Positions 38,123 through 50,834 are shown, counted from the whole stretch's first letter. The stretch is 63,249 bases of DNA, filler included, from Octopus bimaculoides (GCF_001194135.2; 6 parts of 6 records of this genome joined end to end with filler, not necessarily neighbours in it), one strand, 5' to 3'. The notes: generated from the letters alone by a model not told the origin. Numbers and translations: made by a program.

Positions 38123-38871
38123 NNNNNNNNNNNNNNNNNNNNNNNNNNNNNNNNNNNNNNNNNNNNNNNNNNNNNNNNNNNNNNNNNNNNNNNNNNNNNN
38201 NNNNNNNNNNNNNNNNNNNNNNNNNNNNNNNNNNNNNNNNNNNNNNNNNNNNNNNNNNNNNNNNNNNNNNNNNNNNNNNNNNNNNNNNNNNNNNNNNNNN
38301 NNNNNNNNNNNNNNNNNNNNNNNNNNNNNNNNNNNNNNNNNNNNNNNNNNNNNNNNNNNNNNNNNNNNNNNNNNNNNNNNNNNNNNNNNNNNNNNNNNNN
38401 NNNNNNNNNNNNNNNNNNNNNNNNNNNNNNNNNNNNNNNNNNNNNNNNNNNNNNNNNNNNNNNNNNNNNNNNNNNNNNNNNNNNNNNNNNNNNNNNNNNN
38501 NNNNNNNNNNNNNNNNNNNNNNNNNNNNNNNNNNNNNNNNNNNNNNNNNNNNNNNNNNNNNNNNNNNNNNNNNNNNNNNNNNNNNNNNNNNNNNNNNNNN
38601 NNNNNNNNNNNNNNNNNNNNNNNNNNNNNNNNNNNNNNNNNNNNNNNNNNNNNNNNNNNNNNNNNNNNNNNNNNNNNNNNNNNNNNNNNNNNNNNNNNNN
38701 NNNNNNNNNNNNNNNNNNNNNNNNNNNNNNNNNNNNNNNNNNNNNNNNNNNNNNNNNNNNNNNNNNNNNNNNNNNNNNNNNNNNNNNNNNNNNNNNNNNN
38801 NNNNNNNNNNNNNNNNNNNNNNNNNNNNNNNNNNNNNNNNNNNNNNNNNNATATAATAATTATTATTATTA

Positions 38872-39070
38872 TTCTTTTCTACTATAGGTACAAGGCCCGA
38901 AATTTTTGGGGAGGGGGCCATAGATCGACACCAGTACGCAACTGGTACTTAATTTAACGACCCCGAAAGGATGAAACTTCGGCGAAATCTGAACTCAGAA
39001 CATAAAGACAGACGGAATACCGTTAAGCATTTCACCCGCCGTGCTAAAGTTTCAGCCAGCTCACCGCCTT
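38872..39070 (-). mobile_element. SINE family B
   Basis: ggtacttaatttaacgaccccgaaaggatgaaa...gaactcagaac...ccagctcaccgcc. Confidence 0.85.
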
Positions 39071-39280
39071 TACTATTATTATTAATAGATATTAGGTAAT
39101 AAAACAAATGGTTTATAACTGGTAGCTTACTGGTAAAGCATGGTCACTTTCACAGTGTTCGTTATGGAAGATGGAATATTCAAGAATTTTTATTAATCAC
39201 TATAACTTAGAAAACTTAGATATATTTCGAACAAAGATTGTCCCAGGACATGCCTAACTTCATAGTACCACCTATATATA

Positions 39281-39517
39281 TATTCTTTTATTCTTTTACT
39301 TGTTTCAGTCATTTGACTGCGGCCATGCTTGAGCACCGCATTTAGTCGAGCATATCGACCCCAGGACTTATTCTTTGTAAGCTTAGTACTTATTCTATCG
39401 CCTCTTTTTGCCGAACCGCTAAGTTACGGGGACGCAATCACACCAGCATCGGTTGTCAAGCGATGATGGGGGGGACACACACAGACACACAAACACACAC
39501 ACACACACACACACACA
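39281..39517 (-). mobile_element. SINE family A 3' half
   Basis: tcttttacttgtttcagtcatttgactgcggccatgc; runs into N gap. Confidence 0.85.
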
Positions 39518-40328
39518 NNNNNNNNNNNNNNNNNNNNNNNNNNNNNNNNNNNNNNNNNNNNNNNNNNNNNNNNNNNNNNNNNNNNNNNNNNNNNNNNNNN
39601 NNNNNNNNNNNNNNNNNNNNNNNNNNNNNNNNNNNNNNNNNNNNNNNNNNNNNNNNNNNNNNNNNNNNNNNNNNNNNNNNNNNNNNNNNNNNNNNNNNNN
39701 NNNNNNNNNNNNNNNNNNNNNNNNNNNNNNNNNNNNNNNNNNNNNNNNNNNNNNNNNNNNNNNNNNNNNNNNNNNNNNNNNNNNNNNNNNNNNNNNNNNN
39801 NNNNNNNNNNNNNNNNNNNNNNNNNNNNNNNNNNNNNNNNNNNNNNNNNNNNNNNNNNNNNNNNNNNNNNNNNNNNNNNNNNNNNNNNNNNNNNNNNNNN
39901 NNNNNNNNNNNNNNNNNNNNNNNNNNNNNNNNNNNNNNNNNNNNNNNNNNNNNNNNNNNNNNNNNNNNNNNNNNNNNNNNNNNNNNNNNNNNNNNNNNNN
40001 NNNNNNNNNNNNNNNNNNNNNNNNNNNNNNNNNNNNNNNNNNNNNNNNNNNNNNNNNNNNNNNNNNNNNNNNNNNNNNNNNNNNNNNNNNNNNNNNNNNN
40101 NNNNNNNNNNNNNNNNNNNNNNNNNNNNNNNNNNNNNNNNNNNNNNNNNNNNNNNNNNNNNNNNNNNNNNNNNNNNNNNNNNNNNNNNNNNNNNNNNNNN
40201 NNNNNNNNNNNNNNNNNNNNNNNNNNNNNNNNNNNNNNNNNNNNNNNNNNNNNNNNNNNNNNNNNNNNNNNNNNNNNNNNNNNNNNNNNNNNNNNNNNNN
40301 NNNNNNNNNNNNNNNNNNNNNNNNNNNN

Positions 40329-40356
<28 letters not shown>

Positions 40357-40359
<3 letters not shown>

Positions 40360-40772
40360 GTGATGTAAACAGGAAAAATAGAGTTTAAAACATGAGTTTA
40401 TATGCTTTTTTTAGACCAATGATCTGCAGAGATCGCAGTGATTCAAGCGGTGAGAATCTCCTGTTTAATAAGTGTCAACGTTCTCTCGGTCCTTGAGTTA
40501 CTCTGACTGCTACCGACTATTTATAGGAAAAACATATATATAACACCGACAGTTTGTCACTGGAAAAAGCATGTTATATTTTGAGTCTGAAATGAGTTAT
40601 CATCACTAGGTTGTGATTATCACACACTGATGACGGGTTACTACCCAGAAATCCGGGTCTGTATGCATCACTTGCTCGTAAATACTAATCGGATACAGAG
40701 AGTGTGTCGTTAGCCAGGTGTAGCATCGTCCTCTATGGGACCGCCATATTTAGTTGGCAATTATATTTTACG
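40357..40772 (+). mobile_element. About 415-bp non-coding Penelope-type terminal repeat/retrozyme-like element
   Basis: Flanked by (TA)n and CA/TA repeats; carries a hammerhead motif. Confidence 0.5.
40621..40665 (+). ncRNA. Type I hammerhead ribozyme (near-intact)
   Basis: Stem I CACACA/UGUAUG (5 of 6 pairs), CUGAUGA 40627-40633, stem II GGGU-UACU-ACCC, GAAA, stem III AUCCGGGU, GUC site with C17 at 40659. Confidence 0.75.
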
Positions 40773-40795
40773 ACACACACACACACACGCACACG

Positions 40796-40854
<59 letters not shown>

Positions 40855-41260
40855 TCGAATAGACAAAGGAAAAACAATGCATATACACATTTACATCCAC
40901 ATATATACACATGCGCAAATAGCACATACATAACTGTATGTATATAAATAATCTCTCTCTCTGTATATATATGCATGCATATGTGCATGTGTACTTATTC
41001 TTCTGTACTTATTCGCATATGTAAATAAACACGCACATATATCATACATTCATAATATTGTTTTGACGAGAACCTCAGTTTCATTTAACCAGATGAATAA
41101 GCAATTATAAGCCAAACCTGAGGTACCAGCCAAATTAATATTATCAATAAATTTCATCTTACTTTCGGTAAAGAGAACCACTGTCAGAAAATGCTTTTTT
41201 TCTGTCAAATTTTTTAATACCAATTCATAATATATATATATATATACATAATCTTTGCGC

Positions 41261-41261
<1 letters not shown>

Positions 41262-41291
<30 letters not shown>

Positions 41292-41381
41292 TGTATGTAT
41301 GTATGTATGTATGTATGTACGTATGTACGTATGTATGTATGTATGTATGTATGTATGTATGTATGTATGTATGTATGTATG
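41262..41381. repeat. (TATG)n microsatellite
   Basis: Array at the 3' flank of the R4-like LINE. Confidence 0.95.
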
Positions 41382-41399
41382 AAGGCATGCATGTATGTA

Positions 41400-42437
41400 T
41401 GTGTGCAGATCTGTATGTTTTGTTTCATGTATATATTCTTATACGTACAGTTACATATCTAGACATGTTCATGTACACTTAAATAATAACCTGGAAAGTT
41501 TACAGATTTTTACAGTTCCAGGGAAGGCGTGGATCTGTAGTCTTCGAATCAGCTTCCTTCTTTCTGGTTTTGAGAAGCCTAATTTCTCAAGATTGGTATC
41601 TTTTTCGCTGATCTTTAGCTTTATGTTAACATCCGTTGGGAAGCTGATTTCTACAACTGTACACAGTTTCTCTTCTCTATCCTGTATCATTATGTCAGGA
41701 GCTATAGTGTTTACATTTTATTGAGAATTTCACTGGGACATTCCATCAGTACTCCTTTTTATTATGAGTGCCTATGGCTTCCACCATACTGTGGCTTCTT
41801 ATTTCTTTGTCCTCGGGATTATCCTTCCGAAAGATCTCGTTATACAGTGTCCGAGCTACGACACCATGCCTCTTCGGTAGATAATACCGTGATGACGTTT
41901 TCAGACAACTGCTTATGATTTGGGTGATATCTTCGCTTTTAATTTCACAAAGTCTGTACCGGTTGTCACATTTTGCTTATTTTCCTGCATCTCTGTCCCT
42001 TTTGTGCATCAAGTATTTAGTTGATATTTCCTGTTCTTGGATTGTAAACGCATACCCTTCAAAGTGGGAGGTAGTTATCCGGTTGTTGGTCCATGATAGA
42101 CTGCTTTAATGATCAATGTTACTGTCATCCCGTAGCTTTCTACTAACATGTCCATGCATAGTCTCTTGCTGATATACATTCATCCTTTCCTCTGATGATA
42201 CATCGCGGTAGAGTCGTGCAGCTTTTTTGGGTATGTATTTAAGGTTATCAAACAAGGAATGAAGCTCAAGGAACTGTTTTCCAAGTCTTATCAGCTTCAT
42301 GCACGCAAATCTGGTCAAGGGATGCACTTCGACACTTGGTAGTTAGTAGATGTTGCCGAAGGGATATGATACGACATCCAAAGGCAGTCTGGATCGATGT
42401 TAAGCCTCTGTCGTCTTGTTTTCGTTTTAGGTAGAGC
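41400..42437 (-). mobile_element. 5'-truncated R4-like non-LTR retrotransposon (REL endonuclease), decayed
   Basis: LYLKRKQDDRGL (GGRGL motif), SHFEGYAFTIQEQEISTKYL, YYLPKRHGVVAR, DREEKLCTVVEISFP, RRLQIHAFPGTVKICK; flanked on both sides by (TATG)n. Confidence 0.8.
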
Positions 42438-42619
42438 ATGTATGTGTGTGTGTATGTATGTATGTATGTATGTATGTATGTATGTATGTGTGTATGTATG
42501 TATGTATGTCTGTATATTTTAAATCCTGTATATATGTGGATCTCTGTTGTATCGAAACAAGTGTGGTGTTTATTAAATAGCTGTCTAACCGTACTACTTC
42601 TTATTGACTCTATTTTATT

Positions 42620-43160
42620 TAATTTTATATAGGGACAGAACTAAATCTACTAAGTTGGTTAGCTACGTATAGACTTTGAAAGTTAACGAAACACCGTATG
42701 TGATTAAGTGGAAAGTAACCGAGAAATCTATACCTTATGTGAATGGATCGAATAAATGTAGAATTTGTTTGGCTGAACTCCAGGTCAAAAATTTTCAGTG
42801 GTTGCATGCATATATATAAATATACTCTGAAGAATTGGAAACTTCCGCCTATTCCTGACTGACTTGAAATATTTCCAGCCTTATCATTTAAGGTGTAAGG
42901 AGGATAGCTCTTTTATCTTTTCACCTTTTACTTTTTATTTTTGACATTTTACTTTCTGTTATTTTCCGTTTTTCGTCTACAATTGTTTACTGTCTGCGTT
43001 TTCTATATGCTGCCTTCTCAGTTTATTTCGCGTTTCTTCTATTATTCAATTTCTTTAGTTCTTTGTGATATGTGGTTTGCGCCTGATGGATATGTTTGAG
43101 TTCTCTCAACATATGTAACTATTAGTAGCGCTTTAATACATGCATTGTGACCGTAATAGA
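42620..43160 (+). mobile_element. Penelope-like element 3' end (GIY-YIG C-terminus + terminal repeat), ending in (TA)n
   Basis: STKLVSYV*TLK...YVIKWKV...YVNGSNKCRICLAE, typical of PLE endonuclease ends. Confidence 0.75.
43079..43131 (+). ncRNA. Type I hammerhead ribozyme relic (two core substitutions)
   Basis: Stem I GCGC/GCGC; core CUGAUGG (A9G); long stem II; GUAA (A13U); stem III ACUAUUAGU; GUA site. Confidence 0.65.
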
Positions 43161-43162
43161 TA

Positions 43163-43193
<31 letters not shown>

Positions 43194-43613
43194 TNNNNNN
43201 NNNNNNNNNNNNNNNNNNNNNNNNNNNNNNNNNNNNNNNNNNNNNNNNNNNNNNNNNNNNNNNNNNNNNNNNNNNNNNNNNNNNNNNNNNNNNNNNNNNN
43301 NNNNNNNNNNNNNNNNNNNNNNNNNNNNNNNNNNNNNNNNNNNNNNNNNNNNNNNNNNNNNNNNNNNNNNNNNNNNNNNNNNNNNNNNNNNNNNNNNNNN
43401 NNNNNNNNNNNNNNNNNNNNNNNNNNNNNNNNNNNNNNNNNNNNNNNNNNNNNNNNNNNNNNNNNNNNNNNNNNNNNNNNNNNNNNNNNNNNNNNNNNNN
43501 NNNNNNNNNNNNNNNNNNNNNNNNNNNNNNNNNNNNNNNNNNNNNNNNNNNNNNNNNNNNNNNNNNNNNNNNNNNNNNNNNNNNNNNNNNNNNNNNNNNN
43601 NNNNNNNNNNNNN

Positions 43614-43672
<59 letters not shown>

Positions 43673-44067
43673 ACATGCATATCTAACTATGCATTTATTC
43701 CTATACGTATATGCATGGTGGAAATCAACTCGTGGCCGAGGATGACCGCATCCTGAACTCAGAAGGTTCGTGCAAAGGTTCAGAAAGTCCAAGAAATTTT
43801 CGTGCACGTATTTTCTTTGAATAGATAAATTGAATCCACTTTCCAGAGCAACCAGCTATAAAACCAGTCACACAACAGAGGTTGAAATGACCAGAAACCA
43901 ACTGCACTTGACATCGTTTGAGCCACCTGAGTCATCTGAGTCGTCACAGTGGAGGCTTTCAATTACAATAGTTTTACATGCTTCAGGTATTCGGAATTTC
44001 TCAATGTTGCTTAAATATATATTGTTTATATTACTACATGGTATATTATATATACATCTAGACGGCT

Positions 44068-44460
44068 AATAATCCTTTCTACTATAGGCACAAGTCATGA
44101 AATGTTAGAGAAGAAAGTTCTAGTTGATTACATCGATCCAAGTCCTCAGCTAGTACTTCTTCCATCGATTACGAAAGGACGAAAAGCAAAGTCGACTTCG
44201 GCGGAATTTGAATTCAGAACGTGAAAACGGACGAAATACCGCTAAGCACTTTGTCTAGCGTGCTAACGATTCTGCCAGCTTGGCACCTCCTGGACGACTA
44301 AGCCGACTACTATAGATACAAGGTGCGAAATTATGAGGAGGATGTAAGTCGATTACACTGACCCCAGGCTTAGGGGAAAGTGGTAAGTCGATTTCATCGA
44401 CCTCAGCAGAATTTGAACCCAGAAGGTAGAGATAGGCAAAATACAGCTAAGCATTTTGTG
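44068..44460 (-). mobile_element. Two adjacent SINE family B copies
   Basis: aagtcgacttcggcggaatttgaattcagaacg... followed by a second decayed copy. Confidence 0.8.
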
Positions 44461-44574
44461 TAATCAAATATCTGAGACGATTTAATTGATTGCAAATCAC
44501 TACAGTGATTCCACGTTGTCTGTACCGTCATTCTCTGTAATTGTCACACTCGGATTTGGATCCTTTTCCTTTGA

Positions 44575-45815
44575 ACAATGAAATTAAAATGGCATCAACC
44601 CAGTCCTAGGGAACAGGAGCACCCAACCAAATGTCTGATATTAAATAGTGGATCTCTACAGCAAGCCTATTACCTCCGTGGAGGAGAATTTCAACAGGAA
44701 TACCGTCAAGACCTGGCGCCTTCCCTGTATTTAATTCTTTGATTGTCTTTTTAATCTCCTCTATAGTTGGATGTCCCATCATCTCATGAATGATATCTGT
44801 TTGGGGAAGATTACTGATGACATTTTCATCAATAACTGATGGATTAAAAAAGAGATCAGTGAAGTGCTCAGTCCAATGTTTCATGATACCCTCATGATCC
44901 TTGAAGAGAAAGCAGCTATCTTTAGACTTGAGTGGTACCACAAATGAAGACCGAGGACCAAACACTTGTCCGATCAAGTGATATACTGATATCAGGTCTT
45001 TACTGTTATACTCTTTCTGGATTCCTTCAGAAATATCTGACCACCATTTGCTTTTCATCTGTCGTATCTTTCTTTGGAGTGGTGATTTTATCCTTTTGAG
45101 AGACTGCGGTAAGGGCTTTTTATCCTCATCTGGGGCACCGAAGTATTTTTGGTGCAACTTAATTTTATCTTCAAGAAGTTTATTGATCTGTAGATCGTTT
45201 TCATTAAACCAGTCCCGATGTTTTCTGTTTCTGAGTCCAAGAACCTTAGCTCCAACATTGTAAATAGTGGTCTTAAACTGAGCCCAAGTTCCATCAAATT
45301 CCGCTTCTCCAATAGCATTTCTAACATTCGCCTGCACATTAGAGTCCCTTAATTTCAACACATCAATACGTTTAGGGATTTTTATTCCTCCAGATCTTAT
45401 TCTACGTATGATGCGGAGTTTCACTTTACTACGTATGAGCATTTGGTCAGTTCTACATTCTGCACCTCGCATGACTCGGACAGTGCAAGCATCTGGAAGA
45501 TTTCGTTTCCTGGTGATAAGGTAATCAAGAATATGCCCTTGTTTGGATCTTGGGTGCGTTCAGGTAGTTTTATGGATATCCTTCTGATGAAAAGCAGTGT
45601 TGCAGATGATGAGATCAAGTTCAGTACAGAGCTGAAGAAGACGGAGACTATTAGCGTTTATTTTGCTCAAACCATGACTCCCTAGTGCATCCCAGGTCTC
45701 GTAATCGCATCCAACACGAGCATTGAAATCGCCAAGAAGGAGGATATTGTCTGCATTTAGGATAGACATCATAACCGACCTGATATCTTCATAGAAAGCC
45801 ATAATAATCACATAC
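44575..45815 (-). mobile_element. RTE-clade LINE ORF2 fragment (AP endonuclease to start of RT)
   Basis: LLLGDFNARVG, LIICNTAF, HILDYLITR, DWFNEND, KAPGLDGIPVE; only a few stops. Confidence 0.92.
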
Positions 45816-45835
45816 ATAGTACTTACATACGTACA

Positions 45836-45867
<32 letters not shown>

Positions 45868-46374
45868 CATGCACACACACACACACATTTGAGAGTGCAT
45901 TTGTCAGTGTATTTTTGTGTTTGATAGTGCATATATTGCAAGTAAACCTTCATATATTTGATGGTAGGTCAGAATCACATTATGAAACACGTAAACAAGC
46001 AATTATTCTATGTAAATGAATTAAAGAGGCGATCGATAAGTTGATACTACGAGAAAAAACAGACAGGATTCTGACTGAGTAAATGTTTTTATTGGCATAA
46101 ACATTCAATGACAAAACCAACTAATATTTTATCATTACAGATTATCATGACATGATATCTTTTTGCTTTGCTTCTTCAAATAAGTTAGTAAAATGGGTTC
46201 TAAGAAACACACAAGATAATTACTGAATGTCCAAATAATGTACGTTTAGTGGTTATTAATTACAGATGTTTGTGTGGGTTTGCATCACCATGAATTTTGA
46301 GAACTTTGTCCCGTCGTCTATCTGTCCAGCAACCAAACATATCCATCCATCTATCCATCCATCCATCCGCCCGC

Positions 46375-46450
46375 CCGTCCGTCTGTCCCTTCCTTCCTTC
46401 CTTCCTTCCTTCCTTTCTTCCTTCCTTCCTTCCTTCCTTCCTTCCTTCCT
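46375..46450. repeat. (TTCC)n polypyrimidine microsatellite
   Basis: Tetranucleotide array. Confidence 0.9.
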
Positions 46451-46635
46451 CAATCCACTCGTCTTTTTGTATGTCCTTCTGTTAGACTATTTTTCTGTCA
46501 ATCTACTTACGTGACTATTTATTCCCTTCCTCTCTCCCTACTTATCTATACCTTCATTTACTTTCCCTCTTCCTTTCTCATTTCCCTTTTCTCCCCACTT
46601 CTTTTCCTGTCTATATATCTGCAAATATACATATA

Positions 46636-47470
46636 CTAGCCTAAGTACCCGGCGTTGCTCGGTTGTTTAAAGAATATTAAAGGAAATAAATATATTTACT
46701 CTGTTAAAAAATATATTTTCAGAAAAATTCCATCAGATGACCTGAGTATAAACAGAGTTATTAAAACAAATCCTGAAATCATCCACAGTTTAATTTTGTA
46801 GATCTTCTAAATATACAATGTTTTCAGTATGTCCTTTAATTGGGGTACAAATAAAAAGAGTTTTGGGACTTTCAACTCGCAAACATTCTACATATAATTG
46901 CCCATGAGAGAAGCAAGGTTAAGTCCAACAACCTTGAGAGATTGTCCTTGAGATTTGTTTATTGACATAGCAAAACTTAGTTTCAATGGGAACTGGAGCC
47001 GTTTAAATTCAAAGGGGAGATCAGATGGAATTAACGGGCTCCGTTGAATGAAGACATCCTTACCCTTATAATTGATGCCTCTAGGACATGGGGTCGCCTC
47101 GCTTTCGCCATCAGTCTGGTGCTATTGCACAAGCAAGGGGGATCCAGATTCCTGAGTAGCATGATTGGGGCCCCTTTTTGAAGTGTTAAGTTGTGAGGTG
47201 GAATCCCAGATAACTGTAGAGAGTTCAGGAACTCAGTTGGAAAAACTACAGCTTGGTCCAGATCAATGACAGTGTCTATGGATTTGAAAGACTACTCTTG
47301 TCTTGGCAACAGCTGCAAGAGATCCTAGTTAATTTTGTTGACAGCCTCATTACGTGGAGCTAAGATGGCTCGCTCACATAGCCATGGACTGTTACTAAAG
47401 TTTTGTGCAATTTTTGGAAACACATACATTTTGAGATCATTGACAGGGTAGCTTGTGTTGCTGTTGCAAT
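46636..47470 (-). mobile_element. Helitron 3' end with PIF1-type helicase remnant
   Basis: WLCERAILAPRN, FPTEFLNSL..SGIPPHNL, PIMLLRNLDP, QFPLKLSFAMSINKSQGQSL; terminal hairpin ccgagcaacgccgg and CTAG followed by T at 46635. Confidence 0.9.
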
Positions 47471-47479
47471 TCTCCATAT

Positions 47480-48766
47480 AAATTATAGCAAAGTGTGTAT
47501 CAAATGAAATTAAAATCCTAGTTCAGTGACAGATCGATCAAGTTACTAAAGTTTTAACGTTTTTGGTAACAACATATTCTCTCTTCAAATTAAATATTGA
47601 AAAAGAGAGAAAATGCCACCCTGTCTTTTTCAAGAGAAATTAAGTTAGCTTGGCTCGCGTAGGATGTATGACATCGCTTCTAACCCTTTCCAATGTCTAA
47701 TATGTACATGTACGACCTTTAGAACTTTATGGAGGGTGAGTAATAGGAGAGTTAAGGGGGATGCTCGGGAGAGGGGAAGGTGGAGGTTGGAAGGGTAGGG
47801 GGAGAGGTTTCTCAACCCCTTCCCCTTTACTCGGTGGTATAATTGAGAAGGGTGTAGGGAAGGGTATAGAAAGGGGCTGCAGTCCCCCTCTAGGAGAGGA
47901 GGCGTCGCCACGTCCTTTGCCGGCTAGTATGTAATGTTAGTTATCAGCATACAATATTTTTAAATCTCTAATAGAAATATCCAGTGTTAATAAGTCGAGT
48001 TGCTCCAAGAAAATTAAAAAATAGGTAATGTAAGTTATCAGCATATAATATTTTTCAACCCATATCCAAGAATAAATACTCACATCGGATTTAAATGTGA
48101 AATATCAAGTGTTTATAAGGCGAGTTGTTCCAAAAATATCCAAAATACGTATTGGAAGTTTGTCACGATATAACATTTTCTAATTCCTATTCAAGTAGAA
48201 ATAGTCACATCGGATTTAAATATGAAATATCGAGAGGACTCTAGCTAATTTTATTAGGTACATTCCACGAACAATTATTTGAAAAACTCATATCGATATC
48301 TGAAACTTATGTCACGGGAATATTGAACTTTAAAATTTATAAAGTTTATCGTATAAATTGAAACATATCCTGCAGCGTATATATCTTGCAGCGTATATTG
48401 AAAGATATCCTGCAGCGTATATTGCCAAATGAATGACTTATATCAATGTAATAAGAGTTTTCACCGGGCGTGTGTCCGTATGAAGATCTTTCGTTATTTA
48501 GAAACCTTACTGTTTCTTTTTCTTCTGAAAATTGCATAAGTTGTGTGTAACATCGAATTTCAAGTTTTACATTATAGTAATTCCAGTGGGGGTTAGTGTG
48601 CAAGAAAAACATTTACGGAAATGTACTCCTAAAAATTCTATTAAAATAAGTTACCTTTATATGCCATGTTTGCAATTCTCCATATAAATGATAGCAAAGT
48701 GTGTATCAAATGCAATTAAAATCCTGGTTCAGTGACAGATCGATCAATTTCGTAAAGTTTTAATCT
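47480..48766. mobile_element. Composite Helitron-associated region with ~90-bp direct repeats and a second CTAGT end
   Basis: tccatataaat.atagcaaagtgtgtatcaaatg...gatcgatcaa near 47480 and 48680; gccggCTAGT at 47924-47928. Confidence 0.5.
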
Positions 48767-49718
48767 NNNNNNNNNNNNNNNNNNNNNNNNNNNNNNNNNN
48801 NNNNNNNNNNNNNNNNNNNNNNNNNNNNNNNNNNNNNNNNNNNNNNNNNNNNNNNNNNNNNNNNNNNNNNNNNNNNNNNNNNNNNNNNNNNNNNNNNNNN
48901 NNNNNNNNNNNNNNNNNNNNNNNNNNNNNNNNNNNNNNNNNNNNNNNNNNNNNNNNNNNNNNNNNNNNNNNNNNNNNNNNNNNNNNNNNNNNNNNNNNNN
49001 NNNNNNNNNNNNNNNNNNNNNNNNNNNNNNNNNNNNNNNNNNNNNNNNNNNNNNNNNNNNNNNNNNNNNNNNNNNNNNNNNNNNNNNNNNNNNNNNNNNN
49101 NNNNNNNNNNNNNNNNNNNNNNNNNNNNNNNNNNNNNNNNNNNNNNNNNNNNNNNNNNNNNNNNNNNNNNNNNNNNNNNNNNNNNNNNNNNNNNNNNNNN
49201 NNNNNNNNNNNNNNNNNNNNNNNNNNNNNNNNNNNNNNNNNNNNNNNNNNNNNNNNNNNNNNNNNNNNNNNNNNNNNNNNNNNNNNNNNNNNNNNNNNNN
49301 NNNNNNNNNNNNNNNNNNNNNNNNNNNNNNNNNNNNNNNNNNNNNNNNNNNNNNNNNNNNNNNNNNNNNNNNNNNNNNNNNNNNNNNNNNNNNNNNNNNN
49401 NNNNNNNNNNNNNNNNNNNNNNNNNNNNNNNNNNNNNNNNNNNNNNNNNNNNNNNNNNNNNNNNNNNNNNNNNNNNNNNNNNNNNNNNNNNNNNNNNNNN
49501 NNNNNNNNNNNNNNNNNNNNNNNNNNNNNNNNNNNNNNNNNNNNNNNNNNNNNNNNNNNNNNNNNNNNNNNNNNNNNNNNNNNNNNNNNNNNNNNNNNNN
49601 NNNNNNNNNNNNNNNNNNNNNNNNNNNNNNNNNNNNNNNNNNNNNNNNNNNNNNNNNNNNNNNNNNNNNNNNNNNNNNNNNNNNNNNNNNNNNNNNNNNN
49701 NNNNNNNNNNNNNNNNNN

Positions 49719-49771
<53 letters not shown>

Positions 49772-49789
49772 GAAATACACCTGAGATTA

Positions 49790-50345
49790 AAAACAATACA
49801 GTGGTTAGAAGAAATCAACCCATTTACACGTTATAGGTCTCTCTCCTACTCCTTGCAAAATACTTATGAAAAACAATCGAATGGACAAGTCAGAAGCAAA
49901 ACATAGCCACATTCTTTAACATCGAAGACATTGAGGAAATGTTAATCTTAAAAACCCATCTTTACCAGTAAAATCATAAATGCAACACCCACAGCTATCT
50001 TCATACGAGATTAAGAATCCCTATCTAAAAAAAGTAGACAAAATATCCTAGATTGAATCATCTCCATAATGAAGAACATCACTCATTTTCCATCATGGAA
50101 AAACACCAACTTATTCAACACATGGTCCAAGACCATACAACATACAAATTTCACACAATTCGGCATTAGCGACTAATACCCTCTATAGCGGAGGATTGTA
50201 CTTCTAAAAGCACTTCTTTTCACCACCAGTTCTTACCAATCACTGAAGAAGAATCCAACATAATCATGCTCACCAGAAAATCCATGTTTTATTTCAGCAA
50301 TAGCATATAAGTAAAAACGAATTTCGTCCTTCAATTCGGCGTCAG
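49790..50345 (+). mobile_element. Penelope-like RT remnant
   Basis: Frameshifted FPSWKNT, FTQFGISD.YPSI, PITEEESNIIMLTRKSMFYF; preceded by (TA)n. Confidence 0.7.
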
Positions 50346-50834
50346 CCCGAGTAATTTCATTTCAATCGAAGTAACTGAACTGAACAGAATAATCATGCTT
50401 CACGAAGTAGATATTTCTCATTATCAATATACCTGCGTATACGTATGTATGTCTGTGTGCATATATATAGGTATATGCTATTTTATGTTTGTATCTACGT
50501 ACATGGGCATGTGTGCACGTATCTGTAAATATATCACTTGAGTGTATGCCTCTTTGTACGCATACACGTATACATACATTGTGCACACACACACACAATT
50601 ATATATATGTATACATATATGTGTATATATATGTATATATACGCATATGCATATATGTATGATATATATATGCATGTCAGTGCGCATGTGTGTAACTACA
50701 AAGGCTGTGTAAATAAGAAATATTGATGATAAAATACAGTAACAATATTACTCACATACTTACAAACTTCATTTTCACATTCCCTTACTCACCTATTTTG
50801 ACCTTACATCCACACAGTAACACCCCGATCCCAC

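Noticed and set aside
29357-47470. One large Helitron spanning the N-terminal piece (29.4-29.9 kb) and the helicase piece (46.6-47.5 kb)
   Set aside because: On the minus strand the 3' terminus comes before the N-terminal piece, so the order is wrong for a single element.
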